From an uncultured Pseudomonadota bacterium (GTDB lineage Bacteria > BMS3Abin14): 45,117 nt of DNA. The stretch spans positions 1-45,117 of the forward strand of contig CAYVSA010000009.1 in the NCBI GenBank assembly GCA_964454175.1, given 5' to 3'. Below are positions 28,318 through 38,904 of this stretch, piece by piece. Each line of letters opens with the position of its first letter. Positions within the stretch are counted from its first letter, which is position 1. The notes beneath the pieces are model-generated. The model was not told the DNA's origin and made no database searches. It was given only the letters and a program-made list of their open reading frames with translations. A program made the translations under genes and the position numbers.

Positions 28318-28409
28318 GGAGAGATGGCCGAGCGGCTGAAGGCACTCGCCTGCTAAGCGAGTATACTGAGAGATCGGTATCGAGGGTTCGAATCCCTCTC
28401 TCTCCGCCA
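28318..28409 (+). tRNA. tRNA-Ser(GCT)
   Basis: CTCGC-CTGCTAA-GCGAG anticodon arm, long variable arm, CCA. Confidence 0.95.
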
Positions 28410-28443
28410 CAACAAGCCCAACGGAGGCTCTCCCGGACCGTCT

Positions 28444-28534
28444 GGAGAGATGGCCGAGCGGTTGAAGGCGGTAGCCTCGAAAGCTATTGTTCGCTTTGAG
28501 CGAACCGGGGGTTCGAATCCCTCTCTCTCCGCCA
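28444..28534 (+). tRNA. tRNA-Ser(CGA)
   Basis: GTAGC-CTCGAAA-GCTAT anticodon arm, long variable arm, CCA. Confidence 0.95.
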
Positions 28535-28620
28535 ACAGAATTTAAAGGGTAGGCCGCGAACCTGTCACAGTCCAATCAAACCAGGGCGACGGCTGATCCA
28601 CATTAAAAGCATCTGGAGGA

Positions 28621-29133
28621 ATGGTCATGCTGATTTTCAGTAAGAGAAAGTACATGGTTGCCGTTTTTGCCGCTATCTTCGCCCTTGCCGCCTTTGGCTG
28701 CCAGCGGCAGGAAGTCCAGGAAGTCCCCCTCGATGAGAAGCCTGTAGAGAACGTTCCGATGCCTCAGGTTCCCAGCACTGTGAAGGTCCCGGATGAGATC
28801 GTCGGCAAGTGGAAGGCCGTTGTGCTGGAAGTAACCGACAAGACAGCCGAAAAGAGCTCGGATGTTACGGTCAACATCGGGGAAACAGCAGCGCTCGGCG
28901 AATCGGGGCTTAATATCTACGTAGAGGCATTCCTGCCTCACTTTACGATGGCCGGACAGGTATTCACAAGCGCCTCGGCAGAACTTGTAAATCCAGCTGT
29001 CAGGGCAAGGATAACTGATGCCCAGGAGAAAGAACTCTTCTACGGCTGGTTTTTCTCGCTCTACCCGGACACACACCCCTTCGAGCACTCCACTTACAAG
29101 GTGGTATTGAAGGACTACGTGGCCGCGAAGTAA
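28621..29133 (+). CDS. Lipoprotein, DUF2155-like
   Basis: GGAGG RBS, lipobox AFGC; FLPHF, NPA, GWFF..YP..H.F.H..Y motifs. Confidence 0.7.
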   Translation: MVMLIFSKRKYMVAVFAAIFALAAFGCQRQEVQEVPLDEKPVENVPMPQVPSTVKVPDEIVGKWKAVVLEVTDKTAEKSSDVTVNIGETAALGESGLNIYVEAFLPHFTMAGQVFTSASAELVNPAVRARITDAQEKELFYGWFFSLYPDTHPFEHSTYKVVLKDYVAAK

Positions 29134-29148
29134 AGACTGCACTTTCGA

Positions 29149-29225
29149 GCGCCCATAGCTCAGCTGGATAGAGCGTCGGATTGCGGGTCCGAAGGTCGCA
29201 CGTTCGAATCGTGCTGGGCGCGCCA
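29149..29225 (+). tRNA. tRNA-Arg(GCG)
   Basis: GCGCCCA acceptor stem, D-loop with the Arg A20 element (CTGGATA), TCGGA-TTGCGGG-TCCGA anticodon arm, CCA. Confidence 0.93.
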
Positions 29226-29280
29226 TTTACATTCAGAGCCCGCTGCGAGTCCGCGCGGTTTTGGGCCCGGATTATTTTCA

Positions 29281-29373
29281 GGAGAGATGTCCGAGTGGCT
29301 GAAGGAGCGCGCTTGGAAAGCGCGTATACGCTCACAAGGTGTATCGAGGGTTCGAATCCCTCTCTCTCCGCCA
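29281..29373 (+). tRNA. tRNA-Ser(GGA)
   Basis: CGCGC-TTGGAAA-GCGCG anticodon arm, long variable arm, CCA. Confidence 0.95.
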
Positions 29374-29419
29374 TATTTCATCGGAATTGCCGGGCTGTTT
29401 TGCCCGGTAACTGATTTAT

Positions 29420-29530
29420 GGGAAGATGGTCAGGAGCTGCACGACGTCGGGTCCCGAACCCCGCCAGGTCCGGAAGGAAGCAACGGCAGGGTACTCAGGC
29501 GGGTGTCGCAGAATACCTGGCCGTCCTCCC
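29420..29530 (+). ncRNA. ffs: Small SRP RNA (4.5S)
   Basis: Conserved CAGGTCCGGAAGGAAGCAAC core; complementary ends GGGAAGATGGTCAGG/CCTGGCCGTCCTCCC; sits upstream of dnaX. Confidence 0.93.
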
Positions 29531-29603
29531 ACCCTCTAGACGATCCCCAGGCTGCTTTAAGTAAGCTGCCTGTCCCTACCCAGCATCGGGAGACATATAT
29601 CGG

Positions 29604-31289
29604 GTGGCATACCTAGTTCTAGCCAGAAAATACAGGCCCGGCTCTTTCGCGGAGGTCGTGGGACAGGACCACGTCACGAGGACCCTCAGGAATGCCATCA
29701 AGGCAGAGCGGCTGGGGCACGCATTCCTGTTTTCAGGCATCAGGGGAGTTGGAAAGACTTCCGTTGCAAGGATCCTGGCCAAGACCCTCAATTGCGAAGA
29801 CCATACCATGGTGGAGGAGCCGTGCGGAAAGTGTGCGTCCTGCCTTGATGTTTCCGAGGGAAAGAGTCTGGATGTAATGGAGATCGACGGGGCCTCCCAC
29901 CGAAGGATCGATGATATCAGAGAGCTTCGGGAGTCTGTCCTGTACGCACCGGGTCGTGACAGATACAAGGTCTACATAATCGACGAAGTTCACATGCTCA
30001 CTACCGAAGCGTTTAACGCACTGTTAAAAACCCTGGAAGAGCCGCCGGAAAAGGTCATTTTCATACTGGCAACCACGGAACCCCACAAGGTACCGGTAAC
30101 TATCCAGTCAAGGTGCCAGAGATATGATTTCAGGCGGATCCCCTCTCTTGAAATGGCCGTCCACCTCGAGAAAATTTGCAGGCAGGAAGGCATAGAGATC
30201 TCCTCTGACAGTCTGCGCAGGATCGCAATTGCTGCCGAAGGCAGCCTGCGAGATTCCCAGAGCCTCCTTGACCAGGTTGTGTCCTACGCCGGTCAGGATG
30301 TGTCTGATGAAGATGTGAATGTTGTCCTGGGAACCCTGGACACAGGGATGCTCCTGGACCTGCTAGAGGCATCTCTGGACGGCAGGGCGGGCGATGCCCT
30401 GGAGATTGCCGGCCAGATGCTTGACAAGGGTGCCGAGCCCCTTCGCATCACATTGGACCTGATCTCTCTTCTAAGGGCCCTTCTTGTTCTGACAGAGGTT
30501 AAAGACCCTGCGGGGGTCCTGGACATGCCTGAAGGCGAGATCGAGCCCCTGCAGAAGATCGCTAAAAGCACCGACCCGGCACTCCTCAGGCTGCGTTTCG
30601 CTGTTATGGCCAGGGCCGAAGAGAGGATGAGGAGGTCTCCGCAGCCGAGATTCCACCTGGAGCTGGCACTGGTTCACATTGCGAAGGCACTGGAGATGGC
30701 TCCAGCAGGGGGTTCGGGACCACCACTTGCAGACAGCACCGGAGGGAAAAAACCAGGATCAGCTTCACCCAAAACCAGGCAGGCAAGCCCCGAATTAAGC
30801 GCCGCTCCTGGTGCCGCCCCAGCCTTTGCCTCCATCAAGACCCCGGAAGAGACCTGGGATGAGCTGGTTTCCTTTGTTGCCGAAAAATCTCCCAGTATTG
30901 GGAGCATGCTGGAACAGCTCGTTTGCGTGACCCTGGTTGGAGACGAACTGGTTATAGGCGGCAAAAAAGGAGAGCTTTACCTCGACATCCTGGGTGAGCG
31001 CGAAAAAATGCTGGAGATGGAAGAATTGGTGGGAGATTTTTTTTCGCGGAAGATAAATGTTAGGCTGAAAGAACTCAACAACGAGGAACGAAGACAGAAC
31101 CACACTATCGTCGAAAAAAAGGAAAAAAAAGAATCCGATCTCACAAGGAAGATCAAAAAGGAAACCGTAGAACACAAGGCAGTCAGGGCTGCTATGGAGA
31201 TCTTTAACGGCGAACTCGAAGGGATAAGGGTTCTAAATCCCCTTGCCGGCGAAAGCATGGGAGCGGATGAAAAAGAGGAGGAACTATGA
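29604..31289 (+). CDS. dnaX: DNA polymerase III subunit gamma/tau
   Basis: LARKYRP, GIRGVGKT, Zn cysteines, IIDEVHML, SRCQ, GSLRD. Confidence 0.97.
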   Translation: MAYLVLARKYRPGSFAEVVGQDHVTRTLRNAIKAERLGHAFLFSGIRGVGKTSVARILAKTLNCEDHTMVEEPCGKCASCLDVSEGKSLDVMEIDGASHRRIDDIRELRESVLYAPGRDRYKVYIIDEVHMLTTEAFNALLKTLEEPPEKVIFILATTEPHKVPVTIQSRCQRYDFRRIPSLEMAVHLEKICRQEGIEISSDSLRRIAIAAEGSLRDSQSLLDQVVSYAGQDVSDEDVNVVLGTLDTGMLLDLLEASLDGRAGDALEIAGQMLDKGAEPLRITLDLISLLRALLVLTEVKDPAGVLDMPEGEIEPLQKIAKSTDPALLRLRFAVMARAEERMRRSPQPRFHLELALVHIAKALEMAPAGGSGPPLADSTGGKKPGSASPKTRQASPELSAAPGAAPAFASIKTPEETWDELVSFVAEKSPSIGSMLEQLVCVTLVGDELVIGGKKGELYLDILGEREKMLEMEELVGDFFSRKINVRLKELNNEERRQNHTIVEKKEKKESDLTRKIKKETVEHKAVRAAMEIFNGELEGIRVLNPLAGESMGADEKEEEL

Positions 31290-31597
31290 AAAACTTGGGC
31301 GACCTCATGAAAAAAGCCCAGCAGATGAAAGCCACCCTCGAAAAAGTACAGGCGGAACTGGCCGACAGGGAAGTTGAAGCTTCAGCCGGTGGGGGCATGG
31401 TCATAGCTACCGTCAACGGCGGGCTGGAACTTGTTGCTTTGAAAATAGCCCCTGAAGTTGTTGATCCCGAGGATGTCGAGATGCTGGAAGACCTGGTGAG
31501 GGCAGCTGTCAACGAAGCTGTCAAAAAAAGCCGTGAGATGATGGCAGAGGAGATGACCAGGATAACAGGCGGCCTCCCTGTCCCGGGTCTGTTCTAG
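31286..31597 (+). CDS. ybaB: YbaB/EbfC nucleoid-associated protein
   Basis: MKKAQQM, AGGGMV, DVEMLEDL..AAVNEA; located between dnaX and recR. Confidence 0.95.
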   Translation: MKNLGDLMKKAQQMKATLEKVQAELADREVEASAGGGMVIATVNGGLELVALKIAPEVVDPEDVEMLEDLVRAAVNEAVKKSREMMAEEMTRITGGLPVPGLF

Positions 31598-31602
31598 AAC
31601 AT

Positions 31603-32199
31603 ATGCGCTATCCGCCATCACTTGAAAAGCTCATAGATGAGCTGAAGAAACTGCCCGGGATAGGACAAAAAAATGCCCAGCGACTGGCATTTTTCCTCCT
31701 GAAGACGCCTGTGGAGCGCGCGGAGTCACTTGCCGGCGCCATTTCCGAGATGAGGAGTTCCATCTCCAGGTGTTCGCGCTGCTACAATCTTGCCGAATCA
31801 GAGCTCTGCGGAGTGTGTGCCGACCCTGCGAGGTCCAGTGACAGGATGTGCGTTGTTGAAACACCCCAGGACCTCTTTGCCATAGAGAGCACAGGTCAGT
31901 TCAAAGGGACCTACCATGTGCTTACCGGCGCGCTGTCACCCATGAGAGGTATCGGCCCCCAGGACCTGAGGATCCATGAGCTTGTGGAGAGGATTACCAG
32001 GGAGGGCACTCGGGAGATCATCGTTGCAACAAACCTCGATGTTGAGGGCGAGGCAACCGCCTCTTACATTGCTGACCTGGTCAGGCCCACGGGGGTCAGG
32101 GTAACCCGGATTGCCAGGGGTATACCAATAGGTGGCAGCCTTGAACACGCTGACAGTGTCACAATAGGCCTTGCGATGGATGGCCGCAGGGAGTTGTAA
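31603..32199 (+). CDS. recR: Recombination mediator RecR
   Basis: LPGIG.K.A.RLAF, C4 zinc finger, Toprim domain (EGEATA). Confidence 0.97.
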   Translation: MRYPPSLEKLIDELKKLPGIGQKNAQRLAFFLLKTPVERAESLAGAISEMRSSISRCSRCYNLAESELCGVCADPARSSDRMCVVETPQDLFAIESTGQFKGTYHVLTGALSPMRGIGPQDLRIHELVERITREGTREIIVATNLDVEGEATASYIADLVRPTGVRVTRIARGIPIGGSLEHADSVTIGLAMDGRREL

Positions 32200-32301
32200 G
32201 CCCTTGATACTTACAGATTTTTCTTGTATACCCTTTAAGAGAACATTTGGGGTTTTCTTTCTTTAGTACGCAGATTTGACCGATAGGCGGGAAAAAACCG
32301 T

Positions 32302-32790
32302 ATGCTGCCAAACCTTGTCCTGTATGAAGAAGAGCACAAGCGCGTAACCGATACCGTGATCCGTCTCGTTTCAGAAGCCAACGCGAAAGTTGTATTCCTG
32401 GTGGACAAGAACGGGCAGCTTATAACGAACTCCGGTACTACTGACGGTATTGACACCACATCACTGGCCTCTCTCACAGCCGGGAATATCGCGGCCACGG
32501 GAGGTCTGGCCAAACTCATCGGAGAAAAGGAATTCACAATCCTTTTTCACGAAGGTGAAAAGGACAATATACACATTTCTATAATAGACCACAGGGTCAT
32601 CCTTGTGGTTATTTTCGATGAAAGAAGCTCTCTCGGGCTGGTCAGACTACGGGTTAAAAAGGCCGGTGCAGAGTTGGAGAGGATCTTTGTGGATATCGAC
32701 AGGAAAGCTAAGGAATCCAGCTCGAGCCTGGGTGTAGACTCACCATTTGCCGAGATAACAGACGATGATATTGAGAACCTGTTTAGCTAA
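32302..32790 (+). CDS. mglB: MglB roadblock-domain GTPase-activating protein
   Basis: FLVDKNGQLI, SLASLTAGNIAATGGLAKLIGE, SSLGLVRLRVKK, ITDDDIENLF. Confidence 0.93.
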   Translation: MLPNLVLYEEEHKRVTDTVIRLVSEANAKVVFLVDKNGQLITNSGTTDGIDTTSLASLTAGNIAATGGLAKLIGEKEFTILFHEGEKDNIHISIIDHRVILVVIFDERSSLGLVRLRVKKAGAELERIFVDIDRKAKESSSSLGVDSPFAEITDDDIENLFS

Positions 32791-32808
32791 CGAGGTACCT
32801 GCCTAATT

Positions 32809-33402
32809 ATGTCCTTCATCAATTATTCGTCCCGAGAGATAAACTGCAAGATAGTCTATTATGGTCCCGGCCTGTGCGGCAAGACCACAAACCTGCAGTT
32901 CATCTACAGGAAGACCAACCCGCAGGCCAGAGGCAAGATGATAAGCCTGGCCACGGAAACCGACAGGACCCTGTTTTTTGATTTTCTGCCCCTGTCCCTG
33001 GGCGACATAAGGGGATTCAAGACCAGATTCCATCTGTACACTGTCCCAGGCCAGGTTTTCTACGATGCCAGCAGAAAGCTCATCCTGAAGGGAGTTGATG
33101 GGGTAGTGTTCGTTGCCGACAGCCAGATAGAACGGATGGAGGCTAACATTGAAAGTTTCGAGAACCTGAGGATCAACCTGAAAGAACAGGGATACGATCT
33201 GGATAAGATACCTCTCGTTCTGCAGTGGAACAAGAGAGACCTTCCCAACGTTATTGACACAGACGAGATGCAAAAAGCCCTCAACGCCAGAAATGTTCCC
33301 GCCTTCGAGGCAGTGGCCCCGGAGGGAATAGGGGTTTTTGAAACACTGAAGGCTATAGCCAAGCTGGTGCTTATCGAGCTCAAGAAGGGAACTCCAGGCT
33401 AA
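32809..33402 (+). CDS. mglA: MglA small GTPase
   Basis: [32 protein letters not shown]. Confidence 0.96.
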   Translation: MSFINYSSREINCKIVYYGPGLCGKTTNLQFIYRKTNPQARGKMISLATETDRTLFFDFLPLSLGDIRGFKTRFHLYTVPGQVFYDASRKLILKGVDGVVFVADSQIERMEANIESFENLRINLKEQGYDLDKIPLVLQWNKRDLPNVIDTDEMQKALNARNVPAFEAVAPEGIGVFETLKAIAKLVLIELKKGTPG

Positions 33403-33427
33403 GGGGTTGTTTCATCAGAGCCAATAT

Positions 33428-33459
33428 AAAAAGGCCGGAGAAAATTCTCCGGCCTTTTT
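33428..33459. terminator. Bidirectional intrinsic terminator
   Basis: AAAAAGGCCGGAGAA-AA-TTCTCCGGCCTTTTT between convergent genes. Confidence 0.85.
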
Positions 33460-33505
33460 CGTTATATCCCGGACAGCCTTACAGGCCGTGGGCTTTGGTA
33501 TACAA

Positions 33506-34267
33506 CTATTTGAGGGACAACGAGTAGGTAAGTACGTCGATAGTCTGCTGATCTGAATACCCGCGATCTACGACGGCAGAAGGCATGTCCGTTCCGGGGT
33601 GACCCCACCTGATCTTGTGAAAAGTCTCCTGGGGGTTATCGTTGGCGATCCACCCGACTCCCTGTATTCCATCCTTCTTGCCCTTGAAGTCAATACGGTT
33701 GCCGTCCTGTCCGTGGCAGGAACCGCAGGCCTTAACAAAGAGCGGCTTTCCCCTGGTTGTGCTTCCCCTGCCTGTACCGTCAGAGTTAAGAGCCTCGCTG
33801 ATGTCGATCTGGCCCTCTTTGACGAACTTCACCAGGGCCCATATATCCCTGTTGTCGGTCAGGTGCTTGCCAAAGTTGTGCTTGGCGCCAGTGTCCGTCA
33901 TCGCAGCATAAAGCTCTTTAGGGCTCTTGCCTCTTGAGTCAAAAAGACCCTTGATACCAGTGTAATGAGAACCCTTGCTGTACCGTCCGTCTTTGCCGAT
34001 GTAGTCCCAACCGTGGCATTCCTTGCACCTGAATGTGTTACCGCCCTTTTTCTTGCTTGTGGCTGGATAAAGGGGATGGTTTCCTGCTGTTTCCAGCCCC
34101 CTGACCTTGTACCACTTGTCGTAGAGCTGTCCGCCAAGCTTCAGGTCCGCCGACGCGTACGCATCCTGACCGCCGGTCTTCGAGGTAGTAGCTGCGCACC
34201 CCGACAGGACCGCCAGGGCGAGCACCACTGCCAGGCCAACTACCAAACAAATAAATTTTTTCTTCAT
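33506..34267 (-). CDS. Diheme c-type cytochrome lipoprotein
   Basis: GGAGG RBS before MKKKF; lipobox LSGC; CKECH and CGSCH; distal Met (GHPGTDMP). Confidence 0.85.
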   Translation of the reverse strand: MKKKFICLVVGLAVVLALAVLSGCAATTSKTGGQDAYASADLKLGGQLYDKWYKVRGLETAGNHPLYPATSKKKGGNTFRCKECHGWDYIGKDGRYSKGSHYTGIKGLFDSRGKSPKELYAAMTDTGAKHNFGKHLTDNRDIWALVKFVKEGQIDISEALNSDGTGRGSTTRGKPLFVKACGSCHGQDGNRIDFKGKKDGIQGVGWIANDNPQETFHKIRWGHPGTDMPSAVVDRGYSDQQTIDVLTYSLSLK

Positions 34268-34590
34268 TGAAATCCTCCAGTTAGTGGTTAATAAGTTTAG
34301 AACATACAGCATGATTCCAACTAATTAAAGTGTTTTTTAGGCAGCAGTTATGTTGTTTATTTCACAACCGGTTTTGTTGTAAAATATGCTCACGGCGGGC
34401 GAACAACTTGATAGCATTCGTTGCAGAATTCTCCTGATGAACAATTTCCCCCCGCATAACTGCCATTAATAGGTCTGGGGTGTGGTATGAGCTCCAGTAA
34501 ACAGATAGCCGCAAAAGAAGACACAGGAACACCCCTCACGTCAAAGTAACCGCTTCGGGCTGCCAGGCAGGGCACGAGACCCAGATTATC

Positions 34591-34755
34591 TCAGCGCCAG
34601 GCCTCGGCTGGACTAGTGATGTGTTTTGCTTCTGCTCCCGGGTTGTAGCCGGTTTTCTTCCGGGCGCTCTGGGTAGTTGTAGCGCAGGATGACATGACGA
34701 TGATCAGGACCAGAAACAGAAGAGTCGCAACCGGCCGCCAGGAATGATCTTTCAT
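34591..34755 (-). CDS. Small lipoprotein-like ORF, possibly a truncated pseudogene
   Basis: GGAGGT RBS; signal peptide ending MSSC; only 54 aa before the TGA. Confidence 0.45.
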   Translation of the reverse strand: MKDHSWRPVATLLFLVLIIVMSSCATTTQSARKKTGYNPGAEAKHITSPAEAWR

Positions 34756-34988
34756 GGCGCACCTCCGTAAGGCCCTGTTCAGCTCCATTTCCCCGCGTAC
34801 AATGGGGGGCGGGGCCAAAAGCGCCTCCAGCGATATTATTGACCAACACACTATAATATAAAATACCGACAAAATCAACCATGGACCTTGATTAAACGGG
34901 GCTGTGCGAGGCCCACCCTGGACGACCTGTCCTGGTGTTCCTGAGATCTGGCTGGGGGGGATAGTCGTTGGAAGTGAGCGGGCTGCTG

Positions 34989-36326
34989 CTACCCTGAGAT
35001 GAGAACTATCTGGATATCCATCACGTTAGTGAGTGTGGGGCCGGTTTTGTATAGCTCTCCAGCTGTATCGAAAAATGTGTAAGAGTCGTTGTTATCAAGG
35101 TACTTGCCCGGGTCCAGCCCTGCTGCCCTCGCTTTAGAAGCTGTGTGCCCATCAACTATGGCACCTGCAGCGTCCGTAGGGCCGTCGGTACCGTCCGTAC
35201 CCGCCGAGAGGAGTAAGGCATTGTCGATGCCTTCCAGGCCTATTGCTGCCGCCAGGGCAAACTCAAGGTTTCTTCCTCCCCTGCCGTCCCCTTTGATGGT
35301 CACCGTAGTTTCTCCGCCTGAAACAAGACACGCAGGAGGTGCTACAGGGTATCCGTTTGTGGTAATGTCCCGCAATTTTTCCAGATGTGCTTCTGCTGTT
35401 TCCCTGGCCTCACCCTCGATCGGATAGGGGACAATAGCTGCATTGTATCCGAGGGCCCTGGCCTTAACGTGGGCTGCAGCCAAAGCCATGTCGTTGTTGG
35501 CGACAATTATATTCGTAGTTTTTTCGAATTCGGCTGATCTCTCTTTAGGTGTGTCCGGCAGGCCCCCCGTGGAGCCCAGCACGAGGCGGTCAAGTACGGC
35601 CTGAGGAACACGGTCGCGCAGTTCGTATGCGTTTATGACCCCCAGGGCATCCTGAAAAGTAGTGGGGTCCGGGACGGTGGGGCCGGAGGCGATGACGTTC
35701 AGGGGGTCACCAATGACGTCAGATAAAATAAGCGTCAGGAGCCGGGCAGGATAAACGGCCCTCGCCAGGCCTCCGCCCTTTATCAGGGAAAGGTGCTTGC
35801 GCACCGCGTTGACCTCTCCTATGGAGGCACCGCTTTCGAGGAGGAGTTTTGTCGTCTCCTGCTTTTCTTCGAGGGTCACGGGGGGAGCCGGGCATGGGAG
35901 CAGGGCCGATCCGCCACCGGAAAGGAGAAAGATGACAAGATCTTTTTCTCCTGCGCCCTCTGCAGCTTCGAGGATAAGGCGGGATCCTTCCAGTCCGTTA
36001 GCGTCGGGGACAGGATGGCCCGCTTCGATAACTGTCGATTGCCTGACGGGGTAAGTGTGGCCATATTTCACAACGTGCAGACTACGGGTTATTCTCCTGC
36101 CTAGAACCTCTTCGGCTGCTGCTGCCATAGGTGCTGCCGCCTTCCCTGCACCCAGGAGATAAATGCCGCCCTGAGGATGAAGTGAAACGGCGTCTTCTCC
36201 AGCGAGCAGAGTGCTGCCCCTCAGGGAGAGGTGTCCGCGGACCGCCTCCATGGGTTCAACCGCAGCGAGACCGGCCTGGAAAATGGAGATGGCATCTTTT
36301 CGCAGCCTGACGTCAGTACCGCTCAA
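34989..36326 (-). CDS. Glycerate 2-kinase (DUF4147/MOFRL family)
   Basis: GAGKAA, HPVPD, LSGGGSAL, RKHLS..KGG, SGGETTV, GGRN.E, GTDG.DG, TNVMD. Confidence 0.93.
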   Translation of the reverse strand: MSGTDVRLRKDAISIFQAGLAAVEPMEAVRGHLSLRGSTLLAGEDAVSLHPQGGIYLLGAGKAAAPMAAAAEEVLGRRITRSLHVVKYGHTYPVRQSTVIEAGHPVPDANGLEGSRLILEAAEGAGEKDLVIFLLSGGGSALLPCPAPPVTLEEKQETTKLLLESGASIGEVNAVRKHLSLIKGGGLARAVYPARLLTLILSDVIGDPLNVIASGPTVPDPTTFQDALGVINAYELRDRVPQAVLDRLVLGSTGGLPDTPKERSAEFEKTTNIIVANNDMALAAAHVKARALGYNAAIVPYPIEGEARETAEAHLEKLRDITTNGYPVAPPACLVSGGETTVTIKGDGRGGRNLEFALAAAIGLEGIDNALLLSAGTDGTDGPTDAAGAIVDGHTASKARAAGLDPGKYLDNNDSYTFFDTAGELYKTGPTLTNVMDIQIVLISG

Positions 36327-37443
36327 CTATTGTGTCCCTTCTAAGTACCAGTACCTTGAATGTCTCGCCCATGCCGCCCTCATCGTGAACCAGATTTTTC
36401 ACTGCCAGCCACTCCTTTGCTAAAGCCGGGTTTTCAGAGTATCCTTCCTCACCACCCGCCAACAAGTCAAGGATACCGGCCCGTATAAGAAATGATGATT
36501 GGGTTTGGAGCCTGTCCACACTAAAACCGGATTCCCTCGCCCAATTCATAAGGAGGGTGAAGTTCACATGAGCAGTAATATCCATTCGTCCCGGTTCAAT
36601 AAATGGGTCTGATACGACCTGGTGTTTATAAAAGCATCGAAGGGTGCCTTCTCTCCTCCACGGGACATTAAGTGCCTCGAAGACGTCTCCGTAATCGATA
36701 GCCAGCAGTATCCCGGAACCGAGTTTTGCGCTCACAAGCTCCAGCCATTTTTTCCATCCTGGAGCAAAGGCCATCCGGTGGCCGGGGGGCAGGGCCTCTG
36801 ACATTTCCGGTACCGCCGGATCGAGGGTGTCGTTATCTACCGGCAGCAGCACTTCCGTGAGGGAACCATCCGCAAGGTCGACGCAGACTTCCATTAACCC
36901 GTCGTCACGCCGTTCCAGGAGCTGGAGGGGGAGGGCATCGAAAAACTCATTGGCGATCACGGCTCCCGCAAATACCGGCAGGCTGCTCCAGTCATCCGGA
37001 GAGAGGATTGACACTGGTGCGTTTTCGAAACGCCTGGCAAGGAGTGCCCTGCCGGGCTGGCTCTCTTCCACAAGTATCAGGTCAGGACGCCGATCTCCCA
37101 CTTTTTTCCATTCGTTCAATACATCATCTGCCAGCTGTCCGTTGCCTGGGCCCAGCTCTACCAGTGTGGGTTCGCCAATGCCCATGACTTCCAGCTCCAT
37201 GCGCAGCCACCGTGAAAGGGTAGCGCCAAACAGTTCGTGAACGTGCGGTGATGTGTAGAAATCCCCTTCTCTACCCGTCCTGGGGGAAGCCTGGCTGTAG
37301 TACCCGAAATCGCTGTCGTAAAGACAGATGTCCATATATCTGGAAAATGGCAGCGGGCCGTCCCTGGAGATCATCTGTGCGATGAGATCCATAATCGTTT
37401 CAGGAGTTTCCTGTATCATGCTCGAAAGCTTATCATATTTCAC
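36313..37443 (-). CDS. SAM-dependent methyltransferase, MidA/NDUFAF7 family
   Basis: GYY, GDFYTSP, ELGPGNG, ANEFFDALP, IDYG, DITAHVNF, MGETFKV; start position uncertain. Confidence 0.92.
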   Translation of the reverse strand: MKYDKLSSMIQETPETIMDLIAQMISRDGPLPFSRYMDICLYDSDFGYYSQASPRTGREGDFYTSPHVHELFGATLSRWLRMELEVMGIGEPTLVELGPGNGQLADDVLNEWKKVGDRRPDLILVEESQPGRALLARRFENAPVSILSPDDWSSLPVFAGAVIANEFFDALPLQLLERRDDGLMEVCVDLADGSLTEVLLPVDNDTLDPAVPEMSEALPPGHRMAFAPGWKKWLELVSAKLGSGILLAIDYGDVFEALNVPWRREGTLRCFYKHQVVSDPFIEPGRMDITAHVNFTLLMNWARESGFSVDRLQTQSSFLIRAGILDLLAGGEEGYSENPALAKEWLAVKNLVHDEGGMGETFKVLVLRRDTIVERY

Positions 37444-37476
37444 CCCGGGCGGCAGGCAGTGCAGAGTGCTCGATGA

Positions 37477-38865
<1,389 letters not shown>

Positions 38866-38904
38866 CGCGCCAGGCTCAGGCAACACACAGGGAAAGACCC
38901 ATAT

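Noticed and set aside
28116..29373. Repeated GGAGAGATGGCCGAGCGG and GGTTCGAATCCCTCTCTCTCCGCCA segments resembling CRISPR repeats or att sites
   Set aside because: They are the conserved ends of complete tRNA-Ser genes; there is no partial duplicate, integrase or cas gene.
31115..31130. In-frame A_AAA_AAG heptamer and A8 run in dnaX, like the E. coli gamma/tau frameshift site
   Set aside because: It lies at about codon 505 of 561, and the -1 frame stops at 31207, removing little protein. No clear downstream stem-loop was seen, and the EKKEKKE coding explains the A-runs.
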